From Patescibacteria group bacterium (lineage in GTDB: Bacteria > Pseudomonadota > Alphaproteobacteria > Paracaedibacterales > CAIULA01): 64,000 bases of DNA. The stretch covers positions 5,423-69,422 of the forward strand of contig JBIKLN010000004.1 of assembly GCA_044359765.1 (NCBI GenBank), given 5' to 3'. The translations under genes were made by a program, and so were the position numbers. Under the pieces are notes generated by a model. That model was not told the origin of the DNA and did no database searches. It saw nothing but the letters and a program-made list of their open reading frames with translations. This document shows positions 9,239 through 19,517 of the stretch, in pieces; positions within the stretch are counted from its first letter, which is position 1; every line of letters starts with the position of its first letter.

Positions 9239-10996
9239 ATGGGTGAGACAAGGTGGTTGCCGATTCCTATTATTTTAGAGGGCCAAAAAATATCTAAAGG
9301 GCTTGCTGTTGGAGTCACCTTTTTACACAAAGATTCAGGATGGCGCATAGGTTCTTCAGATGTTATTTCGTCCCATACAGAAATGGAGCGGCTAAACCAC
9401 GGGTTGCAATCTTTGCAAAAGGAAATAGATGGCATTCTTTATGGTGACCTTCCCCAGTTTGCTAGCGATGTACGCGACATTATTACGGCCTATTCCTTTC
9501 TTGCAAAAGACCCATCTTGGCAGCGTCAACTGGAAATGTTTATTGGGCAAGGCCATTCGTGCGAACAGGCCATTCATGAAACCCTAAATAAATTTCAGGA
9601 TAAATTTTCAGCCTATCCTTTTTGGCAGCAGCGTTTTCATGATTTGAAGGACATAAGTCAGCAGCTGGGAAAGCACCTAGGACATTCCTTTAGTGAAAAG
9701 GTTGAGGGAAGAGAAGATTTGATTGTGGTGGCCAAAACCCTGGGTGTGGCAGATTTATTGGCCTACACACGCCATAATATTAAGGGGCTTATTGTGGAAG
9801 AGATGGCCCCCACCTCTCATGCCATGATTTTGGCATGTTCCTTAGGGATTCCCATTATTGGTGGAATACCTAAGGTTTTTGAAAAAATTGATGACGAAAC
9901 TCCCGTAATTCTTGATGCAAATGCTGGCACAGTCCACCTGCGCCCTACCCATACGTTGTTACACAGAGCCAGGGAAAGGTTGGAAGGTGGGCAACAGGCC
10001 CCCATGACCGTATTTCAAGAAGAAGCAACGGAAACCCTTTCCTCCCGTGATGAAATTCCTGTGGGGCTTCACATTAATGTGAATCTAGCGGAAGATTTAT
10101 TCATTTTGAATGAACCTTTTGTGACAGGGGTTGGGTTGTTGCGAACTGAACTTCCTTTTATTATATCTAACGACCATCCCTCCATTGATGTACAAAGGGA
10201 GTTTTATACAAGAATTTTTAATTTAGCCAAAAAACGGCCCATTATTGTGCGTACCCTAGATATGGCCCCAGATAAGCTGCTGCCAGGTATGAATACCAAC
10301 CAGAAGGCAAAAAACATTAAAAGCAACCGTGTTGTCCGCTTGTTGCTAGATCAGCCAGAGCTTATCCAAAACCAAATTCGTGCCATTTTTCAGGCACATG
10401 CCGAATGTGATTATAAAACTCAACCGTTGTGGATTATGTTGCCCATGATTGCTGAAGTTGGGGAATTTAAAGCTATTAAGAAGCTTATTCACAAAGAAAT
10501 AGAACACCAAAAAAATAAGGGGGAACAGGTGCCAAACGTGAAAATTGGCAGCATGATAGAGGTGCCATCTATTCTATTTCAACTGGATGATTTTTTTGAC
10601 TGTGTAGATTTTGCGTCTGTCGGCACCAATGATTTGCTTCAGTTTTTATATGCTATTGACCGCGAACATATGCATCAGCACACTTATGATGCCCTATCAC
10701 CTTTATTTTTAGGTATTCTTAAAACCATTATTTCTAAAGCCCATGAGTATGGAAAAGAACTAAGTGTGTGTGGTGAGATCGCAAGCCATCCCTTAGAAGC
10801 CATGGTTCTTTTAGGTCTGGGGCTTCAAAAATTGTCCGTATCGCCCACAAGCGTGTATGAAATTGAGGCTATGATTCGTTCCTTACCCCTAGGAAGCCTT
10901 AGACATTATGTAGATGAATGTTTGCAAGGGGGGGTGCCCATATCACGTGATCTTATGACTGATTTTGCCAGACAAAACGCCGTTTTTGGGGGTTAG
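9239..10996 (+). CDS. Phosphoenolpyruvate-protein phosphotransferase (PTS enzyme I family)
   Basis: The phospho-histidine region TSHAMILACSLGIPIIGG and the PEP-utilizer TIM-barrel motifs (GTNDLLQF, VCGEIAS) are present. No obvious N-terminal GAF domain is seen. Confidence 0.85.
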   Translation: MGETRWLPIPIILEGQKISKGLAVGVTFLHKDSGWRIGSSDVISSHTEMERLNHGLQSLQKEIDGILYGDLPQFASDVRDIITAYSFLAKDPSWQRQLEMFIGQGHSCEQAIHETLNKFQDKFSAYPFWQQRFHDLKDISQQLGKHLGHSFSEKVEGREDLIVVAKTLGVADLLAYTRHNIKGLIVEEMAPTSHAMILACSLGIPIIGGIPKVFEKIDDETPVILDANAGTVHLRPTHTLLHRARERLEGGQQAPMTVFQEEATETLSSRDEIPVGLHINVNLAEDLFILNEPFVTGVGLLRTELPFIISNDHPSIDVQREFYTRIFNLAKKRPIIVRTLDMAPDKLLPGMNTNQKAKNIKSNRVVRLLLDQPELIQNQIRAIFQAHAECDYKTQPLWIMLPMIAEVGEFKAIKKLIHKEIEHQKNKGEQVPNVKIGSMIEVPSILFQLDDFFDCVDFASVGTNDLLQFLYAIDREHMHQHTYDALSPLFLGILKTIISKAHEYGKELSVCGEIASHPLEAMVLLGLGLQKLSVSPTSVYEIEAMIRSLPLGSLRHYVDECLQGGVPISRDLMTDFARQNAVFGG

Positions 10997-11004
10997 ATGA
11001 CCTC

Positions 11005-11655
11005 TTACAATCTGCAAATAAATTGGGCAAACAGGTCTTTCATAATATTTTCATGAATGACGGATGTTTCTTGGTTTGCATTCATTACAAGGCACCGATT
11101 GGGATTTTTATGTGCAATGTCTAAAAAGCCCCTATGAACACGTTCGTGAAAATCTAGGTCATAAGTCTCAAAACGTCCTTCTGCGCTATTGCCCAATTCT
11201 TTTCCTAGACGTTCACGGGAACGCTGAAGGCCTATGGCAGGAGGAAGGTCCAAAATATACGTTCTGTGGGGCTGTTGTGTACCAACAGTTTGACGGTAAA
11301 GATCATCTAAAAAATCTTGGGAAATACCATGACCAAACCCTTGATATGCTAGGCTAGAGTCGGCAAAACGGTCACAAATAACCCATAACCCCGTTGTGAG
11401 AGCTGGTGCAATCGTATGAGTCCAGTGCTCTGCCCGCGAAGCATACATGAGCAGCGCCTCTGAAACAGGTGTCCACTTGTCTGTGCTGCCTGTTAATAAA
11501 AGGGTGCGAATAAGTTCAGCGCCTACGCTGCCCCCTGGCTCGCGGGTAACAATATGGGGTATGTCTTGCCTGTGAAGGGCCTGAGAAAGAAGACGAATTT
11601 GGGTACTTTTGCCCGTTCCCTCACCACCTTCGAATGTAATAAATTTTCCTAACAT
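11005..11655 (-). CDS. tmk: Thymidylate kinase
   Basis: P-loop FEGGEGTGKST and the DRFADSSLAYQG motif are present. Confidence 0.9.
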   Translation of the reverse strand: MLGKFITFEGGEGTGKSTQIRLLSQALHRQDIPHIVTREPGGSVGAELIRTLLLTGSTDKWTPVSEALLMYASRAEHWTHTIAPALTTGLWVICDRFADSSLAYQGFGHGISQDFLDDLYRQTVGTQQPHRTYILDLPPAIGLQRSRERLGKELGNSAEGRFETYDLDFHERVHRGFLDIAHKNPNRCLVMNANQETSVIHENIMKDLFAQFICRL

Positions 11656-11660
11656 GTCTT

Positions 11661-13025
11661 TTAAGGGGCAAAGCCCGCGCCTTTAAGGTAGTGAAATAAT
11701 TGATTTTTTAACGCTGTTAACCCAGCGTCAGAACTGGCTTCACATCGCGCCACAAGAATGGCTTGTGTATTGGACGCCCGCAGCAACCACCACCCGTCAG
11801 GTGTCATGACACGCACACCGTCTACGTCACTAAAGGTCGCCCCATCAGCCACTAACGCTGCCTTTACTTTTTCAACCAACTGAAATTTTTCTGATTCGTC
11901 ACATTCTATGCGTATTTCGGGCGTATTTATGCATTGAGGAAGCTCATCTAACATAGATGACAGGGGTTTGGCTGTGGCATGCAAAATATTCAGAAGGCGT
12001 ATGGCCGCGTACAAAGCATCATCATATCCATAATAGGTGTCGGCAAAGAAAATGTGGCCGCTCATTTCTCCCGCCAACAAGGCGCCTGTTTCGGCCATTT
12101 TTGACTTAATCAATGAATGACCTGTTTTTGCCATAATGGCTTGCCCTCCCATTTCTGTGATGGCATCAAACAAAGTTTGACTGGCTTTCACATCGGCTAT
12201 AATGGTGGCCCCTGGATTAGATTCCAAAACGGCCCGTGACCACAAAACCATAAGCTGGTCGCCCCACAAAATACGCCCCCAGTTGTCCATCACACCAACG
12301 CGATCTCCATCGCCATCAAAGGCAATACCTAGGTCATAGCCGTTTTCTAAAATGGCACACTTCATTTGCTGAAGATTTTCAGGAACTGTTGGGTCTGGAT
12401 GGTGGGCTGGGAAATTACCATCAATTGCTTCATTTAACAAAATGTGATCTGCTTCTATTTTTCCTGTACGAATCAGCGCTTGTAAAACATTTCCTGCCGC
12501 CCCATTGCCAGGGTCCCAAACAATTTTAAGGCGTTTTTCGGTGGGGGTGTAATCTTTCAGCAAACGATTTATATAGGCTTCTTGTACGCACACTTCGCCC
12601 ACATGGCCTGGGGTTTTTACATCCTTCAAATCATAAGCTGCAAGGTTTTGAATGTCTTTTCCAAAAAAAGGCCGGGTGTAAAGCGCCATTTTAAACCCAT
12701 TATCTTTGGGTGGGTTATGGGACCCCGTTACCATAATACCCGCATCACATGGTGTATTTTTAACAGCAAAATATAACATGGGGGTGGGCCCTACCCCTAT
12801 GTCTATAACCTGCACACCGCCTGCCACAAGCCCCTGAACCAGTGCATTACGCAAGGAAGGAGAGCTTATACGACCATCGCGACACACAGCAACTGTTTTC
12901 AAGTTGTTCAAACGCATCATATGAGAAAAGCGACGCCCTAAAGCCAGAGCATCGCCCGTTGTTAACGTTTTCTCAAAGGTGCCACGAATGTCATATTCGC
13001 GCAAAATAACAGAATTAAGGTTCAT
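11661..13025 (-). CDS. Phosphomannomutase/phosphoglucomutase
   Basis: Active-site TGSHNP, the metal loop FDGDGDRVG and the GEMSGH sugar loop are present. The likely start is ATG 13025 (MNLNSVILREYDIRG); the ORF is open to 13049. Confidence 0.9.
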   Translation of the reverse strand: MNLNSVILREYDIRGTFEKTLTTGDALALGRRFSHMMRLNNLKTVAVCRDGRISSPSLRNALVQGLVAGGVQVIDIGVGPTPMLYFAVKNTPCDAGIMVTGSHNPPKDNGFKMALYTRPFFGKDIQNLAAYDLKDVKTPGHVGEVCVQEAYINRLLKDYTPTEKRLKIVWDPGNGAAGNVLQALIRTGKIEADHILLNEAIDGNFPAHHPDPTVPENLQQMKCAILENGYDLGIAFDGDGDRVGVMDNWGRILWGDQLMVLWSRAVLESNPGATIIADVKASQTLFDAITEMGGQAIMAKTGHSLIKSKMAETGALLAGEMSGHIFFADTYYGYDDALYAAIRLLNILHATAKPLSSMLDELPQCINTPEIRIECDESEKFQLVEKVKAALVADGATFSDVDGVRVMTPDGWWLLRASNTQAILVARCEASSDAGLTALKNQLFHYLKGAGFAP

Positions 13026-13026
13026 A

Positions 13027-13575
13027 TTATTTCTTTGTAAAGCGGCCAATCAAATCCACAGTTAGAATGGCAAATAGGGTAGAACACAAACCTGGAAGAA
13101 TAAAGGGCATGAAGCCAACCTTTATAGCAACACCAAAACCAACAAAACTACTAAGCCAGGCTAACCCAAAAGTATACAAGGGAATTTTTCCAATCATGCA
13201 TGCTAAAAAACGGGAAGAAACAGTTGTTAAGTTGTGCTTAAGCTTGCTGATAACATACACCATGGGCAAAAACCCCATAATGTAACCCGCCGTGGGCGAT
13301 AGGAGAACACCCGCACCTCCCTTAAGACCTGCAAAAACAGGAAGCCCCAAAGCCCCCTCCACTATGTAAGCGCCAACAGTTGAAACTGCCAACGTCGGGG
13401 GAAGCAGCAAGGCCACCACCATTAATGCAAATGGTTGCATGGTCATGGGAACAAGGAAAAAAGGCACCTGAATTTGGGCACAAGCGGCAATGAACAAACT
13501 TCCAAAGGCCACACGCCACACAGCGGAAAAAGGAGACGTATTCCAAGAATAAAGGGAAAGACTCTGACTTGTCAT
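13027..13575 (-). CDS. bioY: Biotin transporter BioY
   Basis: The product is a polytopic membrane protein with a BioY-like QVPFFLVPMTMQPFA segment. The ORF is open to 13743, but the first ~56 codons read into the intergenic repeat, so I prefer M57 (13575) as the start. Confidence 0.7.
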   Translation of the reverse strand: MTSQSLSLYSWNTSPFSAVWRVAFGSLFIAACAQIQVPFFLVPMTMQPFALMVVALLLPPTLAVSTVGAYIVEGALGLPVFAGLKGGAGVLLSPTAGYIMGFLPMVYVISKLKHNLTTVSSRFLACMIGKIPLYTFGLAWLSSFVGFGVAIKVGFMPFILPGLCSTLFAILTVDLIGRFTKK

Positions 13576-13709
13576 AAAAAATCCAACAAAAAAAATGAAC
13601 CACATCCAACTACTAGCAAAAAGGCTGATGTGTTGACAATAGCAATTCAGCTGATTCTTTTCAAAAGAACGTGAAAAAGTGCAGCAGTGCCCGTTGAGTT
13701 TTTGTTTAA

Positions 13710-13988
13710 TTACGTTATTTATTTTTTTGAATCTGAAGCTCAAAAATTAACCTTTTGTTAACTTTTTGAGATATACCTCCCACCTCCGGCCCCCGGCCGC
13801 CCAGGGGATATATAATTATTTTTACAAAAAAATTGGTTAAAAAATGATTAATTGGTATTATAAAATTTCAAAAAATAAAGATTATTTTCAAACATGATGT
13901 AAAAATATCACACTCATTCAAAAAAGCCTAACAAAATCAATGGTTTTGAGGGGGGTGTGGAGGCCCAAATTATAGGACTCTCGCTATA
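13710..13988 (+). repeat. Composite ~280-bp intergenic repeat, copy A
   Basis: Almost base-for-base similar to 51094-51370, and to 42661-42717 plus 42928-43077. The copies share a left arm (TTACGTT..CAAAAATTAACCTTTTGTTAAC), a GC core (ACCTCCCACCTCCGGCCCCCGGCCGCCCAGGGGATAT), an AT-rich body, and a right end (GGAGGCCCAAATTATAGGAGTCTCGCTATA). Confidence 0.85.
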
Positions 13989-14018
13989 TTTTCTTTGTTT
14001 TATTACCTAAAGTAATGT

Positions 14019-14107
14019 GGCTCCTGCGCAGGCGGGGGTCCATAAAAATAGAAAAAATCATTCATTATCAATTTTGTTTTTCCATAGATTCCTACCTCCG
14101 CGGGAAG
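14019..14107. repeat. Two degenerate REP-like GC palindromes
   Basis: GGCTCCTGCGCAGGCGGGGGTCC (14019-14041) and ATTCCTACCTCCGCGGGAAG (14088-14107) are decayed versions of the perfect palindromes at 51527-51544 and 51412-51431. Confidence 0.6.
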
Positions 14108-14147
14108 GGCATGGGGTTACGTTTCCATGCGTATTATCAAAAAGGGG

Positions 14148-16004
14148 TCATCTCCCTATGTCTCCCAAAGCGGCTGCATCTGCAAATTGAAGGGTAGCCA
14201 GGCGACGATAAAGGGGGCAATTCGTAATAAGTTCCGCATGCGTACCAACGGCCTGAATTTTTCCCTGGTCAAGAACCACAATGCGGTGCGCGCGCAAGAC
14301 CGTTGCCAACCGGTGGGCAATAACAATACTGGTGCGTGTATTCATCAGGTGGTGCAGGCCCTTTTGAACAGCATGTTCACTTTCCGCATCTAAGGCATTG
14401 GTAGCTTCGTCAAGCAGCAGCAAGCTTGGGTTACGTAAAATAGCCCGCGCAATGGCAATACGTTGTTTTTGCCCCCCCGAAAGACGCACACCCCGCACCC
14501 CCACTAAGGTTTCAATGCCGTTTTGAAGTTGGGGCAAAAAATCTTGCAACCGTACTATGTGGGCTGCTTGCATGACCTCTGCTTCTGTGGCGTCGGGACG
14601 TCCATACAAAATATTTTCATAAATCGTTGTGGAAAATAAGGCAGGCTCTTGAGAAACAATACCAATACGATGACGCAAACTGCTGACAGAAACATCTTTT
14701 ATATCTACACCGTCCAGGTAAATACTGCCTGATTGGGGGTCATAAAATCGTAGTAACAGGGAAAATATAGTGCTTTTTCCAGAACCTGACGGCCCCACAA
14801 TGGCCAGATTTTCTCCAGGAGCTACCGAAAGAGTCATTTGGTCTAAAACTAACCGTTCAGGGTGCGTTGGATAGGAAAAAGAAACATTATGAATGGCCAA
14901 AATTCCCCGAGAGGCTTCAGGTAAGGCCCGTGATGGTGCTGCTCGCTGAAGAGAAGACCTTTGAATTTGAAACAAGGCCATCAGGCGGTCTGCAGCCCCT
15001 GCTGCCCGTTGTAAGTCTGCCATAATTTCACTGAGAGAACCTGCCGAACTTGCAACCACAACAGCGTAAAATAAAAACGCAGACAAATCTCCCATGCTGA
15101 TTGTGTTGTTCCAAACATCTTGCATACCAAGCCACAAAACAAGGGCTATGGCCGAAAAAATGAGAACCATAACAAAGCCCGCCAATAACCCACGGGCAAA
15201 GTTGCGTTGAATTGCAGCACTAAAGGCGCTGGCACTGTAGTTTTTAAAAATAAGTTTATCAATGGCTTCATGGGTGAAGGCCTGAACAGTTCGGATATTG
15301 TTAAGGCATTCATCAATGTAGCCTCCCAGGTCTGCCATGCGGTCTTGCGCTGTGCGAGAGTGGCCTCGTACCTGACGCCCCAGTATGATAATGGGAACCA
15401 AAACCAAGGGCACAACCCCTAAACAGTATAGGGTAAGCTTAGGCGACATAAAGGCCATCATCACCATGCCACCTGTAAATAACATAAAGTTGCGCACCGC
15501 AATGGCGGCCGATGTGCCCACCACCACTTGAATCAAAGTTGCGTCATTGGTAAGACGTGAAATAAGTTCACCTGCGCGGGTTTGTTCATAGAACCCCACA
15601 TCAAGGTTTAAAATATGTTGAAAAACATCTTGCCGTAGGTCACACACCACCCGTTCACCGAGCCAACTTACATAATAGGAACGACCAAAACTGGCCACAG
15701 CTAAAACAAGAATACAACCACCTAGGCCAAACAAAACATAAGACAAACGACCATGATTTTCGCAGTCAAACCCATGATCAATGAGGGAACGCAGGCCGCC
15801 CCCAAAGGCCAATACCACACCTGAGGCAGCCACAAGTGATACAAAGGCTAATAGGATCGTGCTTCTATAGGGAAACAAATAGCGTTTTAAAAAACTGAGC
15901 TTTCGAATGGAATTTGTTTTCATAAAATCACTTTTTAAAGAACCTATCATTTTATCCCACATAAGGGACCAAGCTTTCAAGATAACACAGGAGGGGCCGA
16001 ACAA
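14148..16004 (-). CDS. ABC transporter, fused permease/ATPase (ABCB/MsbA-type exporter)
   Basis: A six-helix TMD is followed by Walker A GPSGSGKST, signature LSGGQKQRIAIARA and Walker B LLLLDEATNALD. The start is uncertain; internal Met codons at 15950 and 15923 are possible. Confidence 0.9.
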   Translation of the reverse strand: MFGPSCVILKAWSLMWDKMIGSLKSDFMKTNSIRKLSFLKRYLFPYRSTILLAFVSLVAASGVVLAFGGGLRSLIDHGFDCENHGRLSYVLFGLGGCILVLAVASFGRSYYVSWLGERVVCDLRQDVFQHILNLDVGFYEQTRAGELISRLTNDATLIQVVVGTSAAIAVRNFMLFTGGMVMMAFMSPKLTLYCLGVVPLVLVPIIILGRQVRGHSRTAQDRMADLGGYIDECLNNIRTVQAFTHEAIDKLIFKNYSASAFSAAIQRNFARGLLAGFVMVLIFSAIALVLWLGMQDVWNNTISMGDLSAFLFYAVVVASSAGSLSEIMADLQRAAGAADRLMALFQIQRSSLQRAAPSRALPEASRGILAIHNVSFSYPTHPERLVLDQMTLSVAPGENLAIVGPSGSGKSTIFSLLLRFYDPQSGSIYLDGVDIKDVSVSSLRHRIGIVSQEPALFSTTIYENILYGRPDATEAEVMQAAHIVRLQDFLPQLQNGIETLVGVRGVRLSGGQKQRIAIARAILRNPSLLLLDEATNALDAESEHAVQKGLHHLMNTRTSIVIAHRLATVLRAHRIVVLDQGKIQAVGTHAELITNCPLYRRLATLQFADAAALGDIGR

Positions 16005-16055
16005 CTTTTTTTCTAGACGAAATATTTTTTTTGGGGTATTTAAATACTATCACGT

Positions 16056-16131
<76 letters not shown>

Positions 16132-16472
16132 GTGATTCTGCGGTTCTTGCAGGATCTTTAGGTTTAAAAAAAGTTTGGTGCTACCTTGGTGCTACTTTTG
16201 GGCCATGCCCCTAATCCAAATAAATAAATTCTCAGAAAGTTTTCCTATCAACCTTTTTGTAATTTTTCAGTCAATTCTAGCTACAACTTGTCATTTTTAT
16301 CAGAGGCCCCCTGCTAAAGTGGCTAAAGCTGCTAAAGTACGACTCTAGACCTTCCTAAAAAGATGTTTCTCTTTTTACAAAAAAGAGAAAATGGATTATT
16401 TTTCAACTTTACGACAAAATCACTGAGTGATATTCTTAAATTGTAATTCCATTTTAGGTTGATTTAGGTGTG

Positions 16473-17684
16473 ATGTTTATTAAAGTCGGTTTTTTTTCCT
16501 TATTTTTAAGTTTTTCACCTTTTTTAAGTGAAGCAACAGCAGGTGCTGGGGGCCCTTTAGTCGAATTTGAAATTAGGAATTCGGACTTAGGTAAGCATGT
16601 AGGATGGAGTATGAAATATGAGGAAGGTCCTATTGATCTGTCTGTCTCACCATCTATTCCAACAAAGCCTATTATTTCACCTAAAGATAAAAGTGCCTTT
16701 TCAACTGTGCCTATCTGGGTTCAACACAAAAAGGGTGGGGAATTAAGTTCTAAAGTTATGGGGACCAGTTTTTTAGTAAAAAACGAAGATCAACTTTTTC
16801 TTATCACAAATCCGCACGTTCTCAAAAACCCACCTGCAACGGCAAAAGATGGAACCCCTCTGGATGATTGCAAGTTTGAATTGCATATGCATGCAATTCA
16901 AACAGATGAAATGGTTAAGAAAAATAGGTTAAAAATTCTCATAATACGAGAGCCCATAGCAGGATTTCAAAGCAGGTTTTTTTATAAAGCTGGAAGTCCC
17001 CAGTTAGAGCTTGCCGTTCTTGATTTAAATGCTCTGCTGTTGACCTCACCAGGATTAATAGAACCATTTTACGAGGCTGTGGACGTATCTAGCTTTGCCA
17101 AAAAAAGTGCTGCAGGTTATCTTGAGGAAATTAGCATGTTTGGCTATCCAAAGGGCTTGATTAATGCAGAGTTGAATATGCCTTTAGCAAGAACAGGAAA
17201 AACGGCAACCTACGCCAGGGCAACGCATTCCCCTCAGTATCTACCAGGGGATAAGACCCAAATAACTCCCTATTATGTAGATTTCATGATCGATGCCGCT
17301 TGTTTTCCAGGCTCCTCAGGTTCTCCCGTTTGGCTTTTTAAAGAAGAGCGGTTAGAAGTTGTAACAGACGTTGAGGTCAAACTCCCTAAATACGAAGGTA
17401 GTGAGGACTGTGTTGTTGACAAAACAACAGAAGATATTATTGCAAAAGTTTCAGGGGACCAGAAATTTTTAGGTGTTTTATTTGGTGGCCCTATGGCTGG
17501 AGCATTGACAGATGTTTACGAAGAGGAAGAGGATACGGCCCTTTTCGCTGCTGCCGCTGCGTCTTACCCTATAAATTTGGGGTGGTGTATACATGCACAA
17601 ACACTGAAAACTTTTTTAGATGATTATTCGAAAGGTGATTTGACTAAGGGGTTAGTTGGTTTTACGCCAGCAAAAGGGAAGTAG
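16473..17684 (+). CDS. Secreted trypsin-like (S1/chymotrypsin-fold) serine peptidase
   Basis: A Sec-type signal peptide is present (MFIKVGFFSLFLSFSPFLSEA). The catalytic triad context is GTSFLV..LITNPHV (His), ELAVLDL (Asp) and FPGSSGSPVW (Ser). Confidence 0.7.
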   Translation: MFIKVGFFSLFLSFSPFLSEATAGAGGPLVEFEIRNSDLGKHVGWSMKYEEGPIDLSVSPSIPTKPIISPKDKSAFSTVPIWVQHKKGGELSSKVMGTSFLVKNEDQLFLITNPHVLKNPPATAKDGTPLDDCKFELHMHAIQTDEMVKKNRLKILIIREPIAGFQSRFFYKAGSPQLELAVLDLNALLLTSPGLIEPFYEAVDVSSFAKKSAAGYLEEISMFGYPKGLINAELNMPLARTGKTATYARATHSPQYLPGDKTQITPYYVDFMIDAACFPGSSGSPVWLFKEERLEVVTDVEVKLPKYEGSEDCVVDKTTEDIIAKVSGDQKFLGVLFGGPMAGALTDVYEEEEDTALFAAAAASYPINLGWCIHAQTLKTFLDDYSKGDLTKGLVGFTPAKGK

Positions 17685-17897
17685 GGCAATAACTTGTCTA
17701 CTAGGTTTGGTAAAGCAGTGGGGCGGTGGCTTGCTGGCTTGATAGTATTTCCTCTCTCCTCGTGTGAAAAATCCCCCTTATAAAATGAAAAAATATTGTT
17801 TTTCAACTTTAAAACGAATGTTTTTGCGGGTATGCTTAATTAATTTGTTTTTTAAAAAATTTTGGCATTAGGTCCATGTTTTTTTATCAGGTAGATT

Positions 17898-19517
17898 ATG
17901 AAACAAAAACTAGAGCTTACGTGGATAGGAAAAGAAAATAGCCCCAAGCTTGAACCCCGTATCTTGCTGGAAGATACAAGCTTATCCTACCATGCACCCC
18001 ATCGTGTTACGGAAAATGATATTTTGGATAATAAGCTCATTTTTGGCGATAACTTGCTGGCATTGAAAGCGTTAGAGCAAGAATATGCAGGCAAAGTTAA
18101 ATGCGTTTTTATTGACCCACCCTACAATACTGGCAGTGCCTTTACACATTATGAAGATGGTATTGAACATTCTCTGTGGCTGAGCCTGATGCGTGACAGG
18201 CTTGTTCTGATTAGAAACTTACTGGCCGATAACGGTTCCCTTTGGATTACTATTGACGACAACGAAGCGCATTATTTAAAAGTGCTGTGTGATGAGGTGT
18301 TTGGGCGAAATAATTTTGTGGCGAATATTGTTTGGAATCATCGCAAAAGCGTGCAAAACGATGTGGTTATCAGCCTTTCTCATAATCACATTCTTGTTTA
18401 TGCTAAGCACAAACCCCAAGTAGCTTTTAATAGACTATCGGTTGATGCAAAAAAATATGAGAATCCCGACAACGACCCACGTGGGCCTTGGTATGCTACG
18501 CCTTTTGATGCTCCAAATTTGCGTCCTAACTTAACTTACCCAATTGTCAACCCACATACGAACAAGGAGTATTGGCCACCAAAAGGTCGATGTTGGCGAA
18601 CAACCCAAGAAGAATATGGACGAATGTTTAATGAAAACCGTATTGTATTTGGAAAGTCAGGTAAGTCTAAACCTCAGCTCAAAAGATTTTTAGTTGATGC
18701 ACAGGAGAAAGGAAGCAGCGTTAAAACATGGTGGGATGATTTTGGTACAGCAACAGAAGCGACTAAAGACTTGCAGAAGATTTCTATTACCTTTTCCACG
18801 CCAAAACCAGAACGTCTACTGCATCAAATTTTGTCTGTCGCTACAAATAAAAATGATCTCGTTCTTGACTCATTTGCTGGTTCTGGTACTACAGGTGCGG
18901 TAGCTCATAAAATGGGCCGTCGGTGGATCATGGTAGAGCTTGGTGAGCATTGTCATACCCACATTATCCCACGACTTAAAAAGGTAATTGATGGAGAGGA
19001 CAAGGGCGGTGTTACAGAAATTGTAGGTTGGAAAGGTGGTGGAGGGTTTCGTTACTATGCTTTAGCACCCTCTCTTCTTGAGAAAGACGAATGGGGGCAG
19101 TTAATTATTTGCAAAAAGTATAATGCAAATCAGCTAACTCAGGCACTTTGCAAGTTAGAAGGGTTCACCTATGCCCCATCAGAAACCATATATTGGCAGC
19201 ATGGGTATTCTACGGAAAGTGATTTTATTTATGTGACTACCCAAACCTTAACAACACAGCAATTGCATTTTTTAAATACAGAGGTTGGCCCCCAACGTTC
19301 TTTGCTTGTTTTATGCAGTGCTTTTCAGGGAAAAGCGGATGATTTTCTAAACCTTACTCTCAAAAAAATTCCAAAAATGCTTTTATCAAAATGTGAATGG
19401 GGTCGTGATGATTATTCACTCAATTTGGAAAGCCTGACAGGTCTAGTGAAAAAAGATGAAAAGGAAAAGCACACAACACCTGTTCAAAAAAAACTTTTTG
19501 AGGAAATACCGCCATGA
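17898..19517 (+). CDS. mod: Type III R-M DNA methyltransferase (Mod, N6-adenine)
   Basis: Motif IV FIDPPYNTG precedes motif I DSFAGSGTTGAVA (beta-class order). The stop overlaps the res start in an ATGA arrangement at 19514-19517. Confidence 0.9.
   Translation: MKQKLELTWIGKENSPKLEPRILLEDTSLSYHAPHRVTENDILDNKLIFGDNLLALKALEQEYAGKVKCVFIDPPYNTGSAFTHYEDGIEHSLWLSLMRDRLVLIRNLLADNGSLWITIDDNEAHYLKVLCDEVFGRNNFVANIVWNHRKSVQNDVVISLSHNHILVYAKHKPQVAFNRLSVDAKKYENPDNDPRGPWYATPFDAPNLRPNLTYPIVNPHTNKEYWPPKGRCWRTTQEEYGRMFNENRIVFGKSGKSKPQLKRFLVDAQEKGSSVKTWWDDFGTATEATKDLQKISITFSTPKPERLLHQILSVATNKNDLVLDSFAGSGTTGAVAHKMGRRWIMVELGEHCHTHIIPRLKKVIDGEDKGGVTEIVGWKGGGGFRYYALAPSLLEKDEWGQLIICKKYNANQLTQALCKLEGFTYAPSETIYWQHGYSTESDFIYVTTQTLTTQQLHFLNTEVGPQRSLLVLCSAFQGKADDFLNLTLKKIPKMLLSKCEWGRDDYSLNLESLTGLVKKDEKEKHTTPVQKKLFEEIPP

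Noticed and set aside
14015-14393. ORFs 14015-14197 and 14127-14393 on the plus strand.
   Set aside because: The first is a translation of the REP-like palindromes. The second is antisense to the well-supported ABC transporter NBD.
16132-16470. Search for an integrase, or a direct repeat of the tRNA-Thr 3' end, that would define a classical integrative island. The same search was made next to tRNA-Lys at 55691-55791.
   Set aside because: No recombinase ORF and no copy of the tRNA 3' segment were found by eye in the window. The island call therefore rests only on gene content and context.
17624-17806. Minus-strand 60-aa ORF between the protease and mod, considered as a small regulator such as a C-protein.
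   Set aside because: It overlaps the protease 3' end antisense and has no helix-turn-helix-like sequence or start context. It is probably spurious.
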